Assembly (NCBI GenBank): GCA_963693115.1
Contig: OY843750.1
Coordinates: 252,680-316,679, forward strand
DNA from: Spirochaetia bacterium
GTDB taxonomy: Bacteria; Spirochaetota; Spirochaetia; WTKD01; G963693115
Reading direction: 5' to 3'
DNA length: 64,000 nt
How positions within the stretch are numbered: position 1 is the stretch's first letter; every line of letters starts with the position of its first letter. The notes beneath the pieces are model-generated. The model was not told the DNA's origin and searched no databases. It worked only from the letters and a program-made list of their open reading frames with translations. A program made the position numbers and the translations under genes. Of this stretch, positions 60,339-64,000 are shown piece after piece.

Positions 60339-61274
60339 CTACTTAAATTTATTTACCATGTCCATGATGCCTGGGATTGTTTGTAATTGATACGCATGCT
60401 GTGGCTGAAAATACTGTATGAGTGAATTAGAATAATGCCCACATAGTATGGTGAAGTAATACATAGCATATCCTGGCGCTACAACGACGGGATGGTATCC
60501 TTTGTCGATGAGAATAGTGCTACCGTTTTTGACGTGTTCTACAGGACCAAAGTCATTTTCTTCCTTGTATAAAAACTGAGCAGCAAAGCCTTCTTGGGGA
60601 TTAAATCTAAAGTGATATGCCTCGTCAAACTTGGTTTCTATATTTGGACGCTCTTCGTCATGCTTATGCGGAGGGAATCCCGACCAACCGCCTTCGCCTA
60701 CGGTAAATAGCTCGCTGACGAGTAAACGGCCATGGTGTTCTTTGTTTGCTTGCCCTAAGACATGGTGTATCTTTCGATGCGTTTTTGTTTCATCGGATCC
60801 ATATTGTACGGTATCAACATCCCTAGGACTGACTCTAAATGATTGCAAGGATTGTCCATAACGACCACCTGCTATAAAGATTTCGCTGAGATGATCAAGC
60901 CCGACTATGTCTACTTTTGCATTAAGTGGAATATACACTGAATCGGGCTTTCCAGAAAAAAGATCGGTTCGCTCTCCTACTTCTTGGTATACGTTTGTGC
61001 CACTCTCTTCTTGTACAGTGATTGTCACTTTTCCGTGCACTACTACGCATACCGACTCGTATTCGCTGAGACTATACGTATAGCTTTCTTTGCGTGTTAC
61101 CCGTACGTCGTTAAAGTAAATGGTAGGGAGTATGGGGTTGTCAACGTTTATGATTGGGCGATTTAGGTTATTGTGTGGGAGAATATGACGTTTTGGGTCT
61201 CTGCTTGCTTGACTTTTGGTCGCTTGATTGTTGCTTGCTTGGTTTGTAGGTGGTTTTATCTCGTTATCGCTCAT
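60339..61274 (-). CDS. iolB: 5-deoxy-glucuronate isomerase
   Basis: 311 aa. Cupin core GFPPHKHDEE...EAYHFRF and GYHPVVVAPGY. N/Q/S-rich 35-aa N-terminal extension. Confidence 0.75.
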   Translation of the reverse strand: MSDNEIKPPTNQASNNQATKSQASRDPKRHILPHNNLNRPIINVDNPILPTIYFNDVRVTRKESYTYSLSEYESVCVVVHGKVTITVQEESGTNVYQEVGERTDLFSGKPDSVYIPLNAKVDIVGLDHLSEIFIAGGRYGQSLQSFRVSPRDVDTVQYGSDETKTHRKIHHVLGQANKEHHGRLLVSELFTVGEGGWSGFPPHKHDEERPNIETKFDEAYHFRFNPQEGFAAQFLYKEENDFGPVEHVKNGSTILIDKGYHPVVVAPGYAMYYFTILCGHYSNSLIQYFQPQHAYQLQTIPGIMDMVNKFK

Positions 61275-61301
61275 GCTATATATGATAGCATAGCACGATG
61301 G

Positions 61302-62555
61302 TTATGTAGTATTTTGATGGTAAGAAATAAATGTTTTGAGTTCTTGTGTACTGGGACTCGCTGAAGAACAAGAGCGTTTTGAGACTACTATGGCTGCTGC
61401 TGCTGAAGCCATAGTAAGAGCCGACTTAAGTGTATTATCGTTGAGGAGCTCATAAAGAAGATTGCCTGCAAAGGCGTCACCTGCACCAAAAGGTTTGAGG
61501 ATAGTAGCAAGTCGAAAGGCGCTTCGTGATCCTGTTTTGATGTCTTTTGCGGTGTAACTACTTGTCTTGTTAGCATAGTAATACCGAAGTCCTTGAGCGC
61601 CTTGTTTTTCTATGATAAGACTAGGGCGACATCGTGAAAGTAAATGATGATACGATTCAATGAGGCGGTTGGTTCGATTATTGTAGTTGGTCTGGCTAGT
61701 TTGGTCGCTTTGCTCTGCATTCGATTGTTGCAAATCAGAATGCGCTACACCTTTCTGTTGCGTCTGTTGCGGTAAACCAACGAGTATTCCCATTTCTTCT
61801 TCGTTTCCAATAATGACATCACAGTGTTTTGCAAAATTCCAGTACGTTTTTTGTGCAACTCGTGTATTCACAAACCCGTCTTTTCTATAGTCAACATCAA
61901 GTACACATAGGGTATTGTTACGTTTTAAGAATGAGAGAACCGTCTTGAGTGCCTTCTTTCCTCTGCTACTCGAAAGCCCAGTACCCGAAAACACAACGCA
62001 CCGTGCTTGCATGAGCATCTGCCTCAATACTGTGCCCTTGGCAAACTGATCTTTGTGCATTTGCATATCAGAGGCGCTGTTTCTATATATCACGACCTCA
62101 CCGCTTTGGGGTTTTATTTCGGTAAGCGCAAGGCTGGTTTTTGCTATTCCATGGCTAAACTGTATCCCATCGCAGTTAATTCCCCAGCGACGTAGCCACT
62201 CTATGATGTACCGTCCCACCATGTCATCGGAAACTTTTGTAATCAATGCGGTTTGAAAATTGCTTTCGTTTCTGGCATCGTTTGCGTTCTGTGCGTTCTG
62301 TGTACTTTGTGCGTTCTGTGCACCTTCGATATCTTTAGTATCCTTGCCATTTTGGGAACGATGGGCAGCAGCAGCAATGGTGTTTGCTGAGCTACCGCCT
62401 ACATGTTTTTCAAATAGCGAGACATCAGCAAAGTCTTTGTTACTTTCTTGTGCATATAGGTCAAGACCAGCTCTTCCTATTGCTATAAGATCATATTGTT
62501 TTGTTCCCATTGGGCTATAGTGAGGGCTATGAGTAGAAAATCGATAATCAGGCAT
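61302..62555 (-). CDS. iolC: 5-dehydro-2-deoxygluconokinase (PfkB family) with two Q/N-rich insertions
   Basis: DLIAIGRAGLDLYA...VGGSSAN N-terminal block and GAGDAFAG C-terminal block. 417 aa is longer than the roughly 320-330 aa I recall as typical. Confidence 0.75.
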   Translation of the reverse strand: MPDYRFSTHSPHYSPMGTKQYDLIAIGRAGLDLYAQESNKDFADVSLFEKHVGGSSANTIAAAAHRSQNGKDTKDIEGAQNAQSTQNAQNANDARNESNFQTALITKVSDDMVGRYIIEWLRRWGINCDGIQFSHGIAKTSLALTEIKPQSGEVVIYRNSASDMQMHKDQFAKGTVLRQMLMQARCVVFSGTGLSSSRGKKALKTVLSFLKRNNTLCVLDVDYRKDGFVNTRVAQKTYWNFAKHCDVIIGNEEEMGILVGLPQQTQQKGVAHSDLQQSNAEQSDQTSQTNYNNRTNRLIESYHHLLSRCRPSLIIEKQGAQGLRYYYANKTSSYTAKDIKTGSRSAFRLATILKPFGAGDAFAGNLLYELLNDNTLKSALTMASAAAAIVVSKRSCSSASPSTQELKTFISYHQNTT

Positions 62556-62662
62556 ACATACCGCCGTTAAGGTTTCTCGTTACGCATCACGTACGGCAAA
62601 ACCCAAGAACAAAAAAAGAACTAGAGAGTAGGATAAGGTGGTTATGTTGTACTATATTCATA

Positions 62663-63679
62663 CTATAAAAGGTCAATGGGTCTTTTTTCTTTAAATGAGG
62701 TAGTGATAGCGTGTGCAACTTCGGTTGCCTTGGTACCATCAACTGCCGACATTGGTGCGCGACGACCATCTCGCACACATTGCACAAAGGTTGTTGCTTC
62801 TAATAAAAAGCCTTCTTCAAAGCGCTCGTAAAAGTCATCGACTCCTTCTGATCGCATTCCTTTTGAATCAAAAATTTCTAGTCTGTTTTTTGTTGGGCTT
62901 AGTCCAATTTTTAGCGTTCCTTTTGTACCAGTAATTTCGGCATGGGTATCATGACTATGAAACGCAGTTCGACTTGCACCTATCACTGCCATGCTCTTGT
63001 TGGCAAAAGTACACAATACTATGGCATTGTCCGCATCACCGAGTTTTTCAAAATCTTTGTGTACATAACTGCCACCTACTGCGTATACCTGTGAAAATTC
63101 TGACCCAAGTATCCATCGACAAAAATCTATATCATGGACGTTCATGTCTAAAAAAATTCCCCCTGCTGTTTTGACAAAATCAAGTTGAAACGGTGCGTAT
63201 TTGTCCATATCAACCGTTTGCGCTCGGACGAGAAAGGGAGTGCCTATGAGTCCCGATTCTATTTTTTTCTTGGCATCGGCATTGCTCGGGTCAAAACGTC
63301 TAACAAATCCGACAAAAAACACCTGCGTAGGGTGTGCGGCAGCTACTACTTCTATTTTCTTGCATTCTTGGACTGTGATACCCATGGGTTTTTCGCAGAA
63401 TACATGAAAGCCTTTTTCGAGCGCTTGACATATATGCGTGCAATGTTCTGCGCTTGTCGATACGATGAATATGGCTTCGGCGTCTGTTTTTTGTAGCATT
63501 TCGCTATAGTCAGTATATCGCTCGGTAATCCCTAGGGTGTGCTCTGCCCAGTCGAGTTCGTCCTTTACAAGACTACACGCCGCTACAATCTCGGCACCAG
63601 GGATCCGAGAACTGAGATTAAATGCATGCCTCTTTCCTAGACGACCCAATCCCACAATTGCGAGCTTAATTTTTTTCAT
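62663..63679 (-). CDS. iolG: Gfo/Idh/MocA oxidoreductase, inositol 2-dehydrogenase by context
   Basis: 338 aa. N-terminal Rossmann KLAIVGLGRLGKRH, and the EKP motif CEKPMG. Confidence 0.7.
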   Translation of the reverse strand: MKKIKLAIVGLGRLGKRHAFNLSSRIPGAEIVAACSLVKDELDWAEHTLGITERYTDYSEMLQKTDAEAIFIVSTSAEHCTHICQALEKGFHVFCEKPMGITVQECKKIEVVAAAHPTQVFFVGFVRRFDPSNADAKKKIESGLIGTPFLVRAQTVDMDKYAPFQLDFVKTAGGIFLDMNVHDIDFCRWILGSEFSQVYAVGGSYVHKDFEKLGDADNAIVLCTFANKSMAVIGASRTAFHSHDTHAEITGTKGTLKIGLSPTKNRLEIFDSKGMRSEGVDDFYERFEEGFLLEATTFVQCVRDGRRAPMSAVDGTKATEVAHAITTSFKEKRPIDLL

Positions 63680-63757
63680 ATATTATATTATAGCGGGTAT
63701 AATTATGTTATTTTGTTGTTGTGTTGCTTGGAATTGCTTGCCTTCTTTAGTTTGACT

Positions 63758-64000
63758 TTATAAAAGGAGCGTCAGCATATACATCATCAAAGTAAATAGA
63801 CCAGCAAGTCCTCCTCCCATTGCCCACCGTAAAGACCTAAATCCATTATTCATAGCGCGTATCAGGTCATCAAAGCGCTTGTCTACTGCTTCAAAGCGTT
63901 TGTCTACTGCCTCAAAGCGTTTGTCTACTGCCTCAGTGCGTGTATTCATATCATGGCGTAGATGAGTAATCTCTGTGCTCATATCATGGCGTAGTTGTGC
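63758..64000 (-). CDS. tail-anchored coiled-coil repeat protein (Bdr-like architecture); 5' end probably outside the window
   Basis: EAVDKRF x3 (21-bp tandem repeat, 63870-63932), then LIRAMNNGFRSLRW and the C-terminal TM GGGLAGLFTLMMYMLTLLL. The frame stays open to nt 64000 (…LRHDMSTEITHLRHDM repeat). Confidence 0.6.
   Translation of the reverse strand, partial: AQLRHDMSTEITHLRHDMNTRTEAVDKRFEAVDKRFEAVDKRFDDLIRAMNNGFRSLRWAMGGGLAGLFTLMMYMLTLLL

Overview
A 64 kb chromosomal window from a moderately AT-rich, sugar-utilising diderm bacterium. It is probably a spirochaete, judged from spirochaete-style lipoboxes, GLUG and DUF285/BspA surface lipoproteins and a Bdr-like tail-anchored repeat protein; this taxonomic guess is inference only. 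Most of the window is ordinary metabolism. It holds a beta-mannoside/beta-glucoside locus (GH2 mannosidase, ABC importer, GH1, GalM). It also holds pncA, a LysE exporter, a disulfide oxidoreductase, pyk, a long UPRT homologue, tal, pdxH and glpK. Further right are a second sugar ABC importer, crtD/cruF-like genes fused into an operon with nagA-nagB, nagZ, and a partial inositol (iolG-C-B plus TIM-barrel) cluster. Seven things stand out. (1) The left ~4 kb is a compositionally distinct defence islet. It contains a GmrSD-type fragment, a UDG-family gene, and a single-polypeptide ABC-ATPase/DUF4435-Toprim gene (PARIS AriA-AriB-like fusion). That gene is translationally coupled to a 67-aa acidic ORF and a decayed DNA methyltransferase. 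(2) A tightly packed envelope cluster combines a MacB/LolCDE-type ABC transporter with two unassigned helical exported proteins, next to a one-POTRA Omp85-like barrel. (3) The rRNA genes are unlinked. A lone 23S has its own terminator, and a lone 5S lies 8.25 kb away behind its own consensus sigma70-type promoter. There is no 16S in the 18 kb upstream of the 23S. (4) Short G/C homopolymers coincide with frameshifts in two surface-related genes: the GLUG lipoprotein signal peptide and the middle of three tandem GT32 paralogues. (5) A family of 12-16 bp tandem arrays sits at gene boundaries, including two related 13-bp arrays 15 kb apart. (6) In-frame repeat or low-complexity insertions occur in housekeeping enzymes. 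(7) No transposase, integrase, CRISPR array or tRNA was recognised. All coordinates and motif calls come from reading the sequence and ORF track by eye; no database search or statistic was run.
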